From assembly GCA_013289265.1 (NCBI GenBank), contig JABDAH010000005.1, forward strand, positions 6,392 to 70,391: DNA of 64,000 bases, given 5' to 3'. Positions within the stretch are counted from its first letter, which is position 1. Each line of letters begins with the position of its first letter. Source of the DNA: Alphaproteobacteria bacterium (GTDB lineage: Bacteria; Pseudomonadota; Alphaproteobacteria; UBA9219). The translations under genes were made by a program, and so were the position numbers. The notes under the pieces are model-generated. The model was not told where the DNA came from. It did no database searches and saw only the letters and a list, made by a program, of their open reading frames with translations. Positions 39,389 through 49,175 of this stretch are shown here, in pieces.

Positions 39389-42074
39389 TCCGCCGCGCAT
39401 CGATATCTTTTTGGCCTTCAATCGCAGCTTGTGCCGCGGCCAAACGCGCGATGGGGATGCGGTACGGCGAGCATGAGACGTAATCAAGCCCAACACGGTT
39501 ACAGAATTTGACCGAGTTTGGATCACCGCCATGTTCACCGCAAATTCCAAGTTTGATATCGGCTCGAGTCTTGCGGCCACGCTCGACGGCTATCTTGATC
39601 AATTCACCAACACCGTCCTGGTCTAATGTCGCAAACGGATCGTGCTCGAACACGCCCGCCCGGTAATAATCAGGCAGGAAGCTGGCAGCATCATCGCGGC
39701 TGAGGCCGAATGTCGTCTGCGTCAAATCATTGGTGCCGAAGCTAAAGAATTGCGCACTCTCGGCAATTTGCCCGGCCTGCAGCGCCGCGCGTGGCAACTC
39801 GATCATCGTACCAACCAGATATTTCAACGGCGAACCGGATGATTTTGTAACTTCACCAGCGACGCGGTCGATCATTTCCTTCAGAATATCCAGTTCTTTC
39901 TTAGTTGCGACCAAAGGGATCATGATTTCCGGCAGGATGCTTTTGCCCAGCTTGTGCAGATCAGCAACGGCGGTGAAAATCGCCCGCGCCTGCATCTCGT
40001 AAATTTCCGGATAGGAAATACCAAGGCGACAGCCGCGGTGTCCCAGCATCGGATTAGCTTCGTGCAACTGATGCGCACGTTTTTTTACTTTTTCCGCATC
40101 TATGCCCGCGCCCTTCGCCACTTCGGCAATTTCGGCGTCCGTATGCGGCAAAAATTCATGCAGCGGCGGGTCGAGTAAACGAATTGTTACTGGCAGGCCG
40201 TCCATAATAGTGAACAGTTCCATAAAGTCTTTTTTCTGCATCGGTTCCAGCTTGGCCAGAGCCGCGCGACGGCCTTTTTCATCGTCGGCAATGATCATTT
40301 CACGCATCGCGGTGATACGGTCAGTATCGAAGAACATATGTTCTGTGCGGCACAGGCCGATACCTTCAGCGCCGAACTTAACAGCCGTGCGGGCATCCAA
40401 TGGCGTTTCGGCATTGGCACGTACTTTCATGCGGCGCATGCTGTCGGCCCACGCCATAAGTGTGCCGAAGTCGCCCGAGAGTTCTGGCTGAATCGTCGGC
40501 ACAGCGCCCAGCATAACTTCACCGGTTGAGCCGTTGATGGTGATAACATCCCCCGCTTTGATGGTCGTTCCCTTTACCACCATCTGCTGCTTGGCATAAT
40601 CCATATGGATATCGCCCGCACCTGCAACGCAGGCTCGGCCCATGCCACGCGCAACGACTGCAGCGTGACTGGTCATGCCGCCGCGGCTGGTGACAATGCC
40701 CTTGGCCGCATGCATGCCGTGAATGTCTTCAGGGCTGGTTTCAATACGGCAGAGAATAACTTTCTGCCCTGCATTGGTCAGATGCTCCGCATCGTCGGCG
40801 CTGAATACAACTTTGCCTGATGCAGCGCCCGGCGATGCCGGCAGGCCCTTGGCCACAATTTGCGTAACAGCTTTTGGATCGAGCGTTGGATGCAGCAACT
40901 GATCAAGCGAGCTTGGGTCGATGCGTTTGACCGCTTCCTTCTTATCAATCACGCCTTCATTGACCATATCAACGGCGATTTTCAGAGCGGCGGGTGCCGT
41001 CCGTTTGCCGGTACGCGTCTGCAGCATATACAGTTTGCCCTGTTGCACCGTGAATTCGATATCCTGCATATCGCGGTAATGTTTTTCCAGTTTCAGACGC
41101 ACATCGTCAAGCTGTTTAAATACCGACGGCATCACTTCTTCCATCGCAGGGAGATCAGACTGGTTGTCTTTCTTACCTTTGACGGTCAGATGCTGCGGCG
41201 TGCGAATGCCGGCGACGACATCCTCGCCCTGCGCGTTGACAAGATACTCGCCGTAAAACGCATTCTCACCTGTGGAAGGATTGCGCGTAAAGGCAACACC
41301 GGTGCAACAATCTTCACCCATATTGCCAAATACCATTGCCTGCACATTAACCGCTGTGCCCCAATCATGCGGAATGTCATTCAGCTTGCGGTAGGTAATG
41401 GCGCGCTGGTTCATCCATGAACTAAACACGGCGCCGATGGCACCCCATAGCTGCTCATTCACATCTTGCGGGAATGGTTTTTTCTGTTTTTTCTCGACGA
41501 TTACCAGAGAAGCCTCGACGACTTCTTTCCAATCGCCTGCTGTCATCTGGGTGTCGAGGCGATAATTCTTGGCGCGTTTGATATCGTCGATCACTTCTTC
41601 AAAATTGTGATGCGGAATGTCCAGAACCACATTGCTGTACATCTGAATAAAGCGGCGATAGCTGTCATAAGCGAAACGGGCATCGCCACTGCGGGCCTTG
41701 AGACCTTCGACAGTCTGTGTGTTGAGGCCAAGATTAAGGACGGTATCCATCATGCCCGGCATGGAAGCACGAGCGCCGGAACGCACCGAAACTAGCAGCG
41801 GATTTTTTGCATCACCAAATTTTGCACCGACGGATTGTTCAATCTGCGCGAGGGCAGCCGCCACTTGGTGCTTTAGGTCGGTGGGATAGGAATTACCGTT
41901 GCCATAATAGTAAGTACACACTTCTGTCGTAATGGTCAGGCCCGGCGGCACAGGCAAACCCAGATTGCACATTTCTGCAAGACCAGCGCCCTTGCCGCCC
42001 AGCAAGTTGCGCATATCCGCCTTGCCCTCTGCCTTGCCATTGCCGAATGCGTAAACCCATTTTGAACTGGTCAT
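39378..42074 (-). CDS. ppdK: pyruvate phosphate dikinase
   Basis: LLGGKGA, SMPGMMDT, GGMTSHAAVVAR, GLCRTEHMF, FGTNDLTQ, GICGEHGG. Confidence 0.98.
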   Translation of the reverse strand: MTSSKWVYAFGNGKAEGKADMRNLLGGKGAGLAEMCNLGLPVPPGLTITTEVCTYYYGNGNSYPTDLKHQVAAALAQIEQSVGAKFGDAKNPLLVSVRSGARASMPGMMDTVLNLGLNTQTVEGLKARSGDARFAYDSYRRFIQMYSNVVLDIPHHNFEEVIDDIKRAKNYRLDTQMTAGDWKEVVEASLVIVEKKQKKPFPQDVNEQLWGAIGAVFSSWMNQRAITYRKLNDIPHDWGTAVNVQAMVFGNMGEDCCTGVAFTRNPSTGENAFYGEYLVNAQGEDVVAGIRTPQHLTVKGKKDNQSDLPAMEEVMPSVFKQLDDVRLKLEKHYRDMQDIEFTVQQGKLYMLQTRTGKRTAPAALKIAVDMVNEGVIDKKEAVKRIDPSSLDQLLHPTLDPKAVTQIVAKGLPASPGAASGKVVFSADDAEHLTNAGQKVILCRIETSPEDIHGMHAAKGIVTSRGGMTSHAAVVARGMGRACVAGAGDIHMDYAKQQMVVKGTTIKAGDVITINGSTGEVMLGAVPTIQPELSGDFGTLMAWADSMRRMKVRANAETPLDARTAVKFGAEGIGLCRTEHMFFDTDRITAMREMIIADDEKGRRAALAKLEPMQKKDFMELFTIMDGLPVTIRLLDPPLHEFLPHTDAEIAEVAKGAGIDAEKVKKRAHQLHEANPMLGHRGCRLGISYPEIYEMQARAIFTAVADLHKLGKSILPEIMIPLVATKKELDILKEMIDRVAGEVTKSSGSPLKYLVGTMIELPRAALQAGQIAESAQFFSFGTNDLTQTTFGLSRDDAASFLPDYYRAGVFEHDPFATLDQDGVGELIKIAVERGRKTRADIKLGICGEHGGDPNSVKFCNRVGLDYVSCSPYRIPIARLAAAQAAIEGQKDIDARRNAA

Positions 42075-42142
42075 GATATATTACCTAAAAAGTCTGTGAA
42101 CGAAGTGAAAAATAACGAGTGTTTAACGGTGAGGCAACGCGT

Positions 42143-42568
42143 TTATTCTGCGGCTTCCAGCACAACATTAACCCGCAGACCGAGCGCCGCATAGGCGGCT
42201 TCTAACTGCTCAATACGCGAAGAATGGGTAAGGTCGAGCAACCGGTCAATCTGCATCAAATGGCATTTTAAGCGGCGGGCTAAATCGGTCTTACGTACCT
42301 TGCCATCGCGCATGGCCTGATAGATACCGAGTTTCATTGTGCCGATCAGTGAAGGCCCAACGACAGCAGAATTGCGTTTGGCTGAGGATTTAGGCAATGG
42401 CTTTCCTTCATCGATATAAAAAGACAGCGCCGTTTCCAATGCTTCTACCGCATGCATCAGGGCTTCGTCACGCGTATCGCCCAGAGTATGTGCTTCGGGG
42501 ATATCGGGAAACCCAACAGTATATGTACCGTTGCTTTCCTTGGTAATTTCGACAGGATAATCAAACAT
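42143..42568 (-). CDS. hicB: HicB family antitoxin
   Basis: YTVGFPDIPEAHTLGDTRDEAL plus C-terminal HTH; GAGG RBS before ATG 42568. Confidence 0.9.
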   Translation of the reverse strand: MFDYPVEITKESNGTYTVGFPDIPEAHTLGDTRDEALMHAVEALETALSFYIDEGKPLPKSSAKRNSAVVGPSLIGTMKLGIYQAMRDGKVRKTDLARRLKCHLMQIDRLLDLTHSSRIEQLEAAYAALGLRVNVVLEAAE

Positions 42569-42755
42569 CTTCAACCTCGTTTAAACCGAGTTGCTTTTTG
42601 ATCGCCGCGACCAAGCCTTTACCGAGTTCTTTCTTACCATGCATCGGGATAATCGATTGCCGTCCCTCATAATAGACCTTCAAATGGCTGCCTTTTTGTG
42701 AACCAAAGGTGCAGCCCTGTTTGCTTAACCACCTTTTTAGCTCATTGCTATTCAT
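42561..42755 (-). CDS. hicA: HicA family toxin
   Basis: ELKRWLSKQG...KGSHLK...IPMHGKKELGKGL..IKKQLG. Confidence 0.92.
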   Translation of the reverse strand: MNSNELKRWLSKQGCTFGSQKGSHLKVYYEGRQSIIPMHGKKELGKGLVAAIKKQLGLNEVEDV

Positions 42756-42766
42756 CCCGCACCTCA

Positions 42767-42795
42767 AACATAACACTTATGTTAAGTAAAGTCAA
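42767..42795 (-). promoter_or_regulatory. hicAB promoter with palindromic operator
   Basis: Minus strand TTGACT-17bp-TATGTT; AACATAA-cac-TTATGTT palindrome at 42767-42783. Confidence 0.7.
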
Positions 42796-42803
42796 CAGAT
42801 ATG

Positions 42804-44339
42804 TTATGCCGATAATCTCTCCGCCAAATAGGCTCGCACCTTATCCAGCGCAACTTTTTCCTGCTGCGCGGTGTCGCGGTTACGGATGGTGACAGTCTGG
42901 TTGGTTAGCGTATCGCCATCGATCGTGATGCAGAACGGCGTTCCGGCTTCATCCATACGGGCGTAGCGTTTACCGATGCTTTGCTTCGCGTCATATTGGC
43001 ACGTGTATGTGCGGCGCAAATCCATATAAAGTTTTTCTGCAACTTCCGGCATGCCGTCTTTATTCATTAACGGAAAGATACCGACTTTGATCGGCGCAAG
43101 GCTCGGCTTCAGTTTCAGCCATTCCGGCGAGGCGCGGCTTTCGTCATATTGATAAGCCTCGCATAGCAGGACCAGAACGCCGCGCGTGAGGCCGCTGGCA
43201 GGTTCCACCACATGCGGGACATAGCGACGGTTATTTTCCTGATCGATATATTCGAGATTGGTTTTGCTGTGTTCCTGATGTTGCTTCAGGTCGTAGTCGG
43301 TACGGTAGGCCACACCTTCCAGTTCCCCAAAACCCGGTGCGGTAAAAGGATAGCGATATTCAATATCCGACGTGCCTTTGGAGTAATGCGACAGATCGGC
43401 ATCAGCGATGACATGGCGGAACAGGTTGTCTTTGCTGACGCCTTGGGCTTCCCACCAACGTAAGCGCTCACCCACCCAGAATTCGTACCACATCATGCCG
43501 TCTTCAGGCGCACAGAAGAATTCCATTTCCATCTGCTCAAACTCGCGGCTGCGGAAAATGAAATTGCGCGGCGTTACCTCGTTACGGAATGACTTCCCGA
43601 CCTGCGCAATACCAAAGGGTGGCTTGACGCGCGTGCTATCCAGCACATTCTTATATTGCAGGAATATCCCCTGCGCCGTTTCTGGACGGAGGTAGACTTT
43701 CGAATCCTCATTCTGAAATACGCCCGAATAAGAATGGAACATCAGGTTGAAGGCGCGAGGTTCTGTTAATGTCCCAGGGTTTTCTGCATCGGGGCCATAT
43801 ATATCTTCATGGCGTTCCCATATGTCGGTTAGAGTATCTGGCTTTGATGAATCTATTCTGACATCTCCACCACCTTGTTTTTGAACAAGCTTCTTTGCTC
43901 TCTTTAAAACCTGCAGCTCAGCATCATCTCCTTCTAGAACACCTAACGACCAAGCACCTACTCCCTTTGGCGTACTATATCCTACTGTGTAAACTTTAAT
44001 ATGATCTGCGCGGTACCGTTTTTTCGATTCACGGCAATCGACCATAAGATCAGCAAATCCAGCCACGTGACCGGATGCAATCCATGTTTTGGGATGCTGA
44101 ATAATCGATGTATCGATACCGACGATCGAAAGTGGCTTGCCATCCGGCCCCAGCGGCGGGCAATCGACCATGTCATGCCACCATGCATCGCGCAGATTGT
44201 TTTTGAGCTGCACACCGAGGGGCCCAAAATCCCAAAAACCATTCAGGCCACCGTAAATCTCGGAAGCCTGGAAAATAAAACCGCGCCTTTTGCAAAGGGC
44301 AGTCAGACGGTCCATCAGGGAAGTTTCAGGTTTAGACAT
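42804..44339 (-). CDS. glyQS: glycine--tRNA ligase, homodimeric alpha2 type
   Basis: KRRGF, EIYGG, YLRPETAQGIF, GKSFRNE, REFEQME, ELEG, HVVEP, C-terminal anticodon domain IGKRYARMDEAGTP. Confidence 0.95.
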   Translation of the reverse strand: MSKPETSLMDRLTALCKRRGFIFQASEIYGGLNGFWDFGPLGVQLKNNLRDAWWHDMVDCPPLGPDGKPLSIVGIDTSIIQHPKTWIASGHVAGFADLMVDCRESKKRYRADHIKVYTVGYSTPKGVGAWSLGVLEGDDAELQVLKRAKKLVQKQGGGDVRIDSSKPDTLTDIWERHEDIYGPDAENPGTLTEPRAFNLMFHSYSGVFQNEDSKVYLRPETAQGIFLQYKNVLDSTRVKPPFGIAQVGKSFRNEVTPRNFIFRSREFEQMEMEFFCAPEDGMMWYEFWVGERLRWWEAQGVSKDNLFRHVIADADLSHYSKGTSDIEYRYPFTAPGFGELEGVAYRTDYDLKQHQEHSKTNLEYIDQENNRRYVPHVVEPASGLTRGVLVLLCEAYQYDESRASPEWLKLKPSLAPIKVGIFPLMNKDGMPEVAEKLYMDLRRTYTCQYDAKQSIGKRYARMDEAGTPFCITIDGDTLTNQTVTIRNRDTAQQEKVALDKVRAYLAERLSA

Positions 44340-44420
44340 AGGATATCGCACATAATCAAGGGGTTATTGGAACAACTTACCCTTTGATGTTATTGCAGCG
44401 CAAGTAGGAAGAAAGAGGGC

Positions 44421-45731
44421 TTAGCGAGCGCCAATAGTGCCACGCATATCAGCTTTATCGAGTTTGGCGCCGCGCAGGTCAGCCCCTGTCATATTGGCAT
44501 CCGTCAGGTCCGCGCCGGTTAGGTCGCAGCCCCTTAAATCGGCCCCCGCCAGCATGGCATTCTCAAAACGTGCCTCGCTTAGATTGGCATTGCGTAGATT
44601 GGCTTCCTGTAAGTTCGCCCCGACAAAGTTCGACCGCCAAGAAATGGGGTGCAGGCTGCCGGAAATCATCATGGGGGAAAAGTCGCTCCCCTCAAGATTG
44701 GCCTGATCAAGCCGCGCTAGTGAGAGATTAACGCCGCGACAATCCGCCTTGGCAAAACAGGTCGCCCTGGCGTTGCATCCCGTCAAGTCCGACATCGTGA
44801 AAGTCGCGCCACAGAATGAAGCGCCCGAGAGCAAAGCTCGTTGTAAACTGGCGGCCTGAAACTGGACACCGTCCAGCATGACATTGGCCAGATTGATGCC
44901 CACCAGATCGGCGCGCTTGCCTTCTCTGCCCAGCGTGTTTACCCATACACGGTGATTGGCGATAATTTCCTTGATGCTGTATTCGAGGCTTTCCAGCGAC
45001 TTCGTCATTTTCGCTTTGCTGAAAGTCTGGGTGTCGCCTTCGACAAGATGCACGAGGCTTGCAGTCAGATCCGCCCCTTCAAACACCGCCCCGTCCATAT
45101 TGGCATGCAACAGAATAACCGAATTCATATTGGTATTCGTGAAGTTACAACCGCGCAAATCGGCATTTTCGAAACTAACGCCGCGTAAATTGCTGCCCGT
45201 AAAGTTGACACCCTGTAACTTGGCGCCTTTAAAATTCGCCAAACTTAAATCTGTTGATAGCGCTATAGCGCTCGAGAAACGCGCTTTTTGCGCCGTCGTA
45301 TTTTTGAAAACGGCATTATAAAGACGCAACTTAGAGTCACTGGTGTGAACAGGACCTATCTCACCGCTTTGCTGGCGGCGCAGCAAGGCGCCGTCCGCCA
45401 GATTGGCCTCGTTCAAAACCGCGTTTGTGAAATTGACGCCCTGCAACTGCGCACCGCGCAAATCAGCCTGCGTTAGGTCAGATTCGATGAAGTTGCTGTT
45501 ATTAAGGGTTGCGCCGAAAAAATTGCTCTGGCGCAGTTGCGTGTAAGAAAAATTACTATGGTTCAGGAATGAACCTACGAATTCCGCCGATGATAAGTTC
45601 TGATGCGAGAAATCGAGGTCATGGCCGCTGTGGGTAGAAATGTCCAACCGCTTGCCGCCCGACATGCCCTGAACATATTTTTCATGCAGGGCGAAATAGC
45701 CGGCGAGTTCATTCTGTAAAATAACTGGCAT
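44421..45731 (-). CDS. pentapeptide repeat protein
   Basis: Dozens of A(D/N)LXX repeats in two blocks, each preceded by an H...G.R..(L/I) cap. Confidence 0.93.
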   Translation of the reverse strand: MPVILQNELAGYFALHEKYVQGMSGGKRLDISTHSGHDLDFSHQNLSSAEFVGSFLNHSNFSYTQLRQSNFFGATLNNSNFIESDLTQADLRGAQLQGVNFTNAVLNEANLADGALLRRQQSGEIGPVHTSDSKLRLYNAVFKNTTAQKARFSSAIALSTDLSLANFKGAKLQGVNFTGSNLRGVSFENADLRGCNFTNTNMNSVILLHANMDGAVFEGADLTASLVHLVEGDTQTFSKAKMTKSLESLEYSIKEIIANHRVWVNTLGREGKRADLVGINLANVMLDGVQFQAASLQRALLSGASFCGATFTMSDLTGCNARATCFAKADCRGVNLSLARLDQANLEGSDFSPMMISGSLHPISWRSNFVGANLQEANLRNANLSEARFENAMLAGADLRGCDLTGADLTDANMTGADLRGAKLDKADMRGTIGAR

Positions 45732-45825
45732 TAATGTTCACAGCGGTTGAATAGCGTGTATTCAGTGCCGGTCATTATTAACACAGGATGATTAAAATCT
45801 CATTTTTTCGTTAAGTATCAAATGG

Positions 45826-46650
45826 TTATGCAGCCTGACGAATAGCCTTTTTAGTCTTGGTCTGCATCAGCCACCAAGCCACACGGTTGGCCATCCCCTG
45901 CCACATTGTGTTTGGTTTAAACCCGCAGGTTTTAAATACCATTGTCACTACCCGCTCTACATGCTTTTGCTGATAAAAAGGATAGGCTCGGATCATATAA
46001 GCCGATGTGTAGGCTGGCCTGTCATAAACGGCATCCGAAGCAGCATTGGCCGCAAAGTAAGCATAGGCCAACTCATCATCCTCAGACTCCTGCATTCTGC
46101 CGAGGCTTATTTTTAAACGCTCTAGGCGGCTAAGGCCCTCTTTTTGCAGATAGCCCTTCAGATGATTTTGGAACAGCTTGTAGTGGCTGATCTCATCGGC
46201 GGCAATATGGCGACAGATTGCCTTCAGCACCGGTTCTTCCGTCGCATCGGCAAGGGCAGTGTAATAGGAGCTGGTCCCCGTTTCGACGATACAGCGGGCA
46301 ATCAGCTCACCCGTTTGCGATCCGCGAATGGATTGGTTGGCATTAACATTAACGCGGTAACCCGCGGTATAACGCGCAACAGCATTTTTGAAATTGAAAG
46401 TGGGGTCAGCTTTTTCTGCCCATTGGCCCAAAGCTACGCCGTGTTGAACTTCTTCTGCAGACCAATTTTTCGTGGCCTCCCGAAAAACCGGGTCGTTGGG
46501 GAATACGTTGCAAAGATATGTCGCATAATCATCCGCATTAAACTCCACCAAAGCCGCCGCCTTGACGATTTTTAAAATTTCAGGATTAACCTTGCCTGCG
46601 TCGAATTGATCCCAAGGCAAATCAGCAATTTTCCAATGTTCCCTATGCAT
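45826..46650 (-). CDS. ferritin-like di-iron protein
   Basis: Two ExxH motifs (EEVQH, DEISH) plus bridging Glu (LVE, IVE). Confidence 0.85.
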   Translation of the reverse strand: MHREHWKIADLPWDQFDAGKVNPEILKIVKAAALVEFNADDYATYLCNVFPNDPVFREATKNWSAEEVQHGVALGQWAEKADPTFNFKNAVARYTAGYRVNVNANQSIRGSQTGELIARCIVETGTSSYYTALADATEEPVLKAICRHIAADEISHYKLFQNHLKGYLQKEGLSRLERLKISLGRMQESEDDELAYAYFAANAASDAVYDRPAYTSAYMIRAYPFYQQKHVERVVTMVFKTCGFKPNTMWQGMANRVAWWLMQTKTKKAIRQAA

Positions 46651-46718
46651 ATTGTCCTACCCGTTTGTCCAAGCCTTTAATGCTTGTCTGAAAATTTGTC
46701 ATATTCATGACGCACAAA

Positions 46719-46738
46719 AGCCCCCACATCAAGGGGCT
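46719..46738 (-). terminator. possible intrinsic terminator downstream of popZ
   Basis: agcccc-N8-ggggct stem with adjacent A run (T run on the minus strand). Confidence 0.4.
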
Positions 46739-46769
46739 AATAAATACCAAAAAAGCGGATAAAAAAGCC

Positions 46770-47289
46770 CTAGTCCTTGGCGCGGCGGGCAATGCGTTCG
46801 ATCTCTTTTTGCACCAGGCGATCGACCACGGCGGGCAGGTTTTGATCCAGCCACTGCTTGAGCAAAGGACGCATTAATTCAATTGCCATGTCTTCCAGCG
46901 TACGCGTGCCGTTGCCAATGGGGGTACCATTCATGGGGGCAGAAGACAGACGTTCAATTTCCAAGGTGCTTGCTAAAGCAGACAAAGCCGAGCCGGCGGC
47001 AGAAGCCACGGGTTCAGAAATCAGGACATCCCCTACAGGCGGGAGAACCGGAGCAACAACTGGCGGCGGTGGAGGGGGGGGGGTAGACAGGCGCCGGGGC
47101 AGGTTCAGGAGCCGCGGCGACGACCGAGCCATCATCCTCGATCACTTGAGTCAGCTCGACAGGCTCTTCCGCTGCTGGAGCTGCAGTTTCAGCAGGTGCG
47201 TCATCAGAAATAATCTTACGGATGGAGGCAAGGATTTCCTCCATTGATGGTTCTGATGCAGCCTGCGAAGGATCTTGAACTTCAGCCAT
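46770..47289 (-). pseudogene. popZ: polar organizing protein PopZ (DUF2497), frameshifted at a C10 tract
   Basis: N-terminal EPSMEEILASIRKIISDD in one frame, C-terminal TLEDMAIELMRPLLKQWLDQNLP...KEIERIAR in another; junction at G run 47074-47083. Confidence 0.88.
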
Positions 47290-47409
47290 GACGAATCGCA
47301 CTAAGGAGAGAAGATGGATAGTAAGTCTATCGCTTTTTCAAACTGTTGCAAGGCAGAAACAAGGCTTTTCACTAACCCCGGGCTGCGGGCCTCATCAAAC
47401 AGGCCGCCT

Positions 47410-49170
47410 CTACGAGGTCAAATCAAATATATAAGGGATACGAATATCGAAGCGGGTGCCGCGGTAAAGCTCGGAGTATACCTTGATGGTGCCGCCCAAA
47501 ATCTTGACCTCTCGCTCCACCGCTTCCATCCCTACCCCGTGACCAGAAAGATCGGTGACGTTCTCGCGGGTCGAGAATCCCCAAGAGAAAATATACTGGA
47601 TAACGGCTTGGTCGTCTTCATGACGCCATGCCCCCTGAGGGTCAATGGTTGCCAGCTTGGCCCTTACCCGCAACGGATCAATACCATTGCCGTCGTCACT
47701 GATAATGATCTGCAACCATTCTTTTTGGGTAGCGCCGTCAAGAACGATGTCGCAGTGAATAGAAATTTGCCCAGCCGGATCTTTGCCACGCGCCAGCCGC
47801 GTAACAGGAGGCTCGATACCGTGATCCATAATATTGCGGCAGATATGCGTAAGCGAAAACAAGAATTCGTGAATAGGCTGCGTCAATACGCGCGGATTAG
47901 ATCCTGTATAACGAACCGGCTTGACCTGTTTACCCATTATCTCGCCAAGGTCGTGCAGTTCGCGGTCAAACTGACGAAAACATTCGTTAGCGGGGATAGC
48001 CGCAATCTTGCTCAGGAAATGCCTAACAAGAACAGGGTCTGCATTTCGCCCCCGCATTTCACGCGCAAAATCATAAAGCGCCGATTCCTCAACTTCATGC
48101 ATATTACCACGGCCTTCGTAATCCTGGCCGATAAGGTCATGCACCTGATCAAGAACACCCTGTAATCCGGCCTCGATTTCTTTCCGCGCAACATCAAGTC
48201 TCACCTGAAAATCATGATCTGTCGTGATTGATTCATCGCGTAAAGCCGCTTCATGCTTGTGAACAATTTCTCCAAGTTCTTCCAGATGGAAGTGCTTGAC
48301 CGCGGCTTTTAAGGTATGGAGCAAGCGTAGCAAAGGAGCACTGTCCGTACGACGCGTTGGCTGTTCGGCCACTTCGATAAATTTGCGCAAGTGAGTGATG
48401 GTTGCCAGGAACTGATTGCGCTCCTTAAAGATGCGGCAAATCATCTCGGCATAGCTTTGCTGATGCTGGGCCAATTTTTGCGCTTCGAATTCTTCGGTCT
48501 GGTCGGTAGCAATAACAACTACGTTAGTTAAAGATTCGTCCTTGCCGCGAATGGGGCGATATACCAGACTAATGCGACGCCCCTGACTATGCGGAAAGAA
48601 TTGCGGCAGGAACTTTACGACGTCATCGAAACCTAACGCATGATTGGGCATGAAGAGAATTTCCATCCAATCCTTAAAATCCGCATGTTCGGCTTCTGGA
48701 ATATGCAAAACCTCTTTGATGTTTTTAGACGAAGGAACGGTTTCCAGAAGATCCAGGCAAGCCTGCGAGTAAACGCGGCCACACAAACCTTCGGCATTAA
48801 AAGAGAGAAAGCCCTGCCCCAGGCTGTTGACCAAAACTTCGGTGAGGCGGGCCTGATTACTGACATGCTGATGCACGCGGTAATTCATATAATAGAGATA
48901 ACCAATGCCTGCCATCGAGGCAAAAACCATAATACCGAAAGCGGCCTTATGAGTAACAGGTGACATATGAAATACAGGCAAGGCAACAGCAAACAACAAC
49001 ACCAGAACAATGGCTGTCATGCCGACGAGCGATATATGGATAATATCTACCTGACGCGTAGCTTCGGAACGCGCGTCCTGCCCCGCTATCATGGGACGGC
49101 TAGCTACTCCGGAAACTCCGGGCAGTTCAATTGATGTTTCACCTATTTCGGACATAGCCGCCCGCTCCAT
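47410..49170 (-). CDS. membrane-bound CheA-like (class III-type) histidine kinase: 2TM-PAS-like-Hpt-HATPase
   Basis: Hpt LHTLK; CheA-type RNIMDHGIE, DDGNG, GFST, SGHGVGM; ends without a CheW domain. Confidence 0.88.
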   Translation of the reverse strand: MERAAMSEIGETSIELPGVSGVASRPMIAGQDARSEATRQVDIIHISLVGMTAIVLVLLFAVALPVFHMSPVTHKAAFGIMVFASMAGIGYLYYMNYRVHQHVSNQARLTEVLVNSLGQGFLSFNAEGLCGRVYSQACLDLLETVPSSKNIKEVLHIPEAEHADFKDWMEILFMPNHALGFDDVVKFLPQFFPHSQGRRISLVYRPIRGKDESLTNVVVIATDQTEEFEAQKLAQHQQSYAEMICRIFKERNQFLATITHLRKFIEVAEQPTRRTDSAPLLRLLHTLKAAVKHFHLEELGEIVHKHEAALRDESITTDHDFQVRLDVARKEIEAGLQGVLDQVHDLIGQDYEGRGNMHEVEESALYDFAREMRGRNADPVLVRHFLSKIAAIPANECFRQFDRELHDLGEIMGKQVKPVRYTGSNPRVLTQPIHEFLFSLTHICRNIMDHGIEPPVTRLARGKDPAGQISIHCDIVLDGATQKEWLQIIISDDGNGIDPLRVRAKLATIDPQGAWRHEDDQAVIQYIFSWGFSTRENVTDLSGHGVGMEAVEREVKILGGTIKVYSELYRGTRFDIRIPYIFDLTS

Positions 49171-49175
49171 CCGCC

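Noticed and set aside
39389-39580. Apparent 200-bp overlap between ppdK and the LprI-like ORF
   Set aside because: The probable start is ATG 39388, which gives a signal peptide and only an 11-bp overlap
44421-45731. Periodic DNA similarity suggesting a repeat array or CRISPR
   Set aside because: Explained by pentapeptide-repeat coding; no identical repeats with unique spacers
47314-48165. 283-aa plus-strand ORF
   Set aside because: Antisense shadow of the CheA-like kinase
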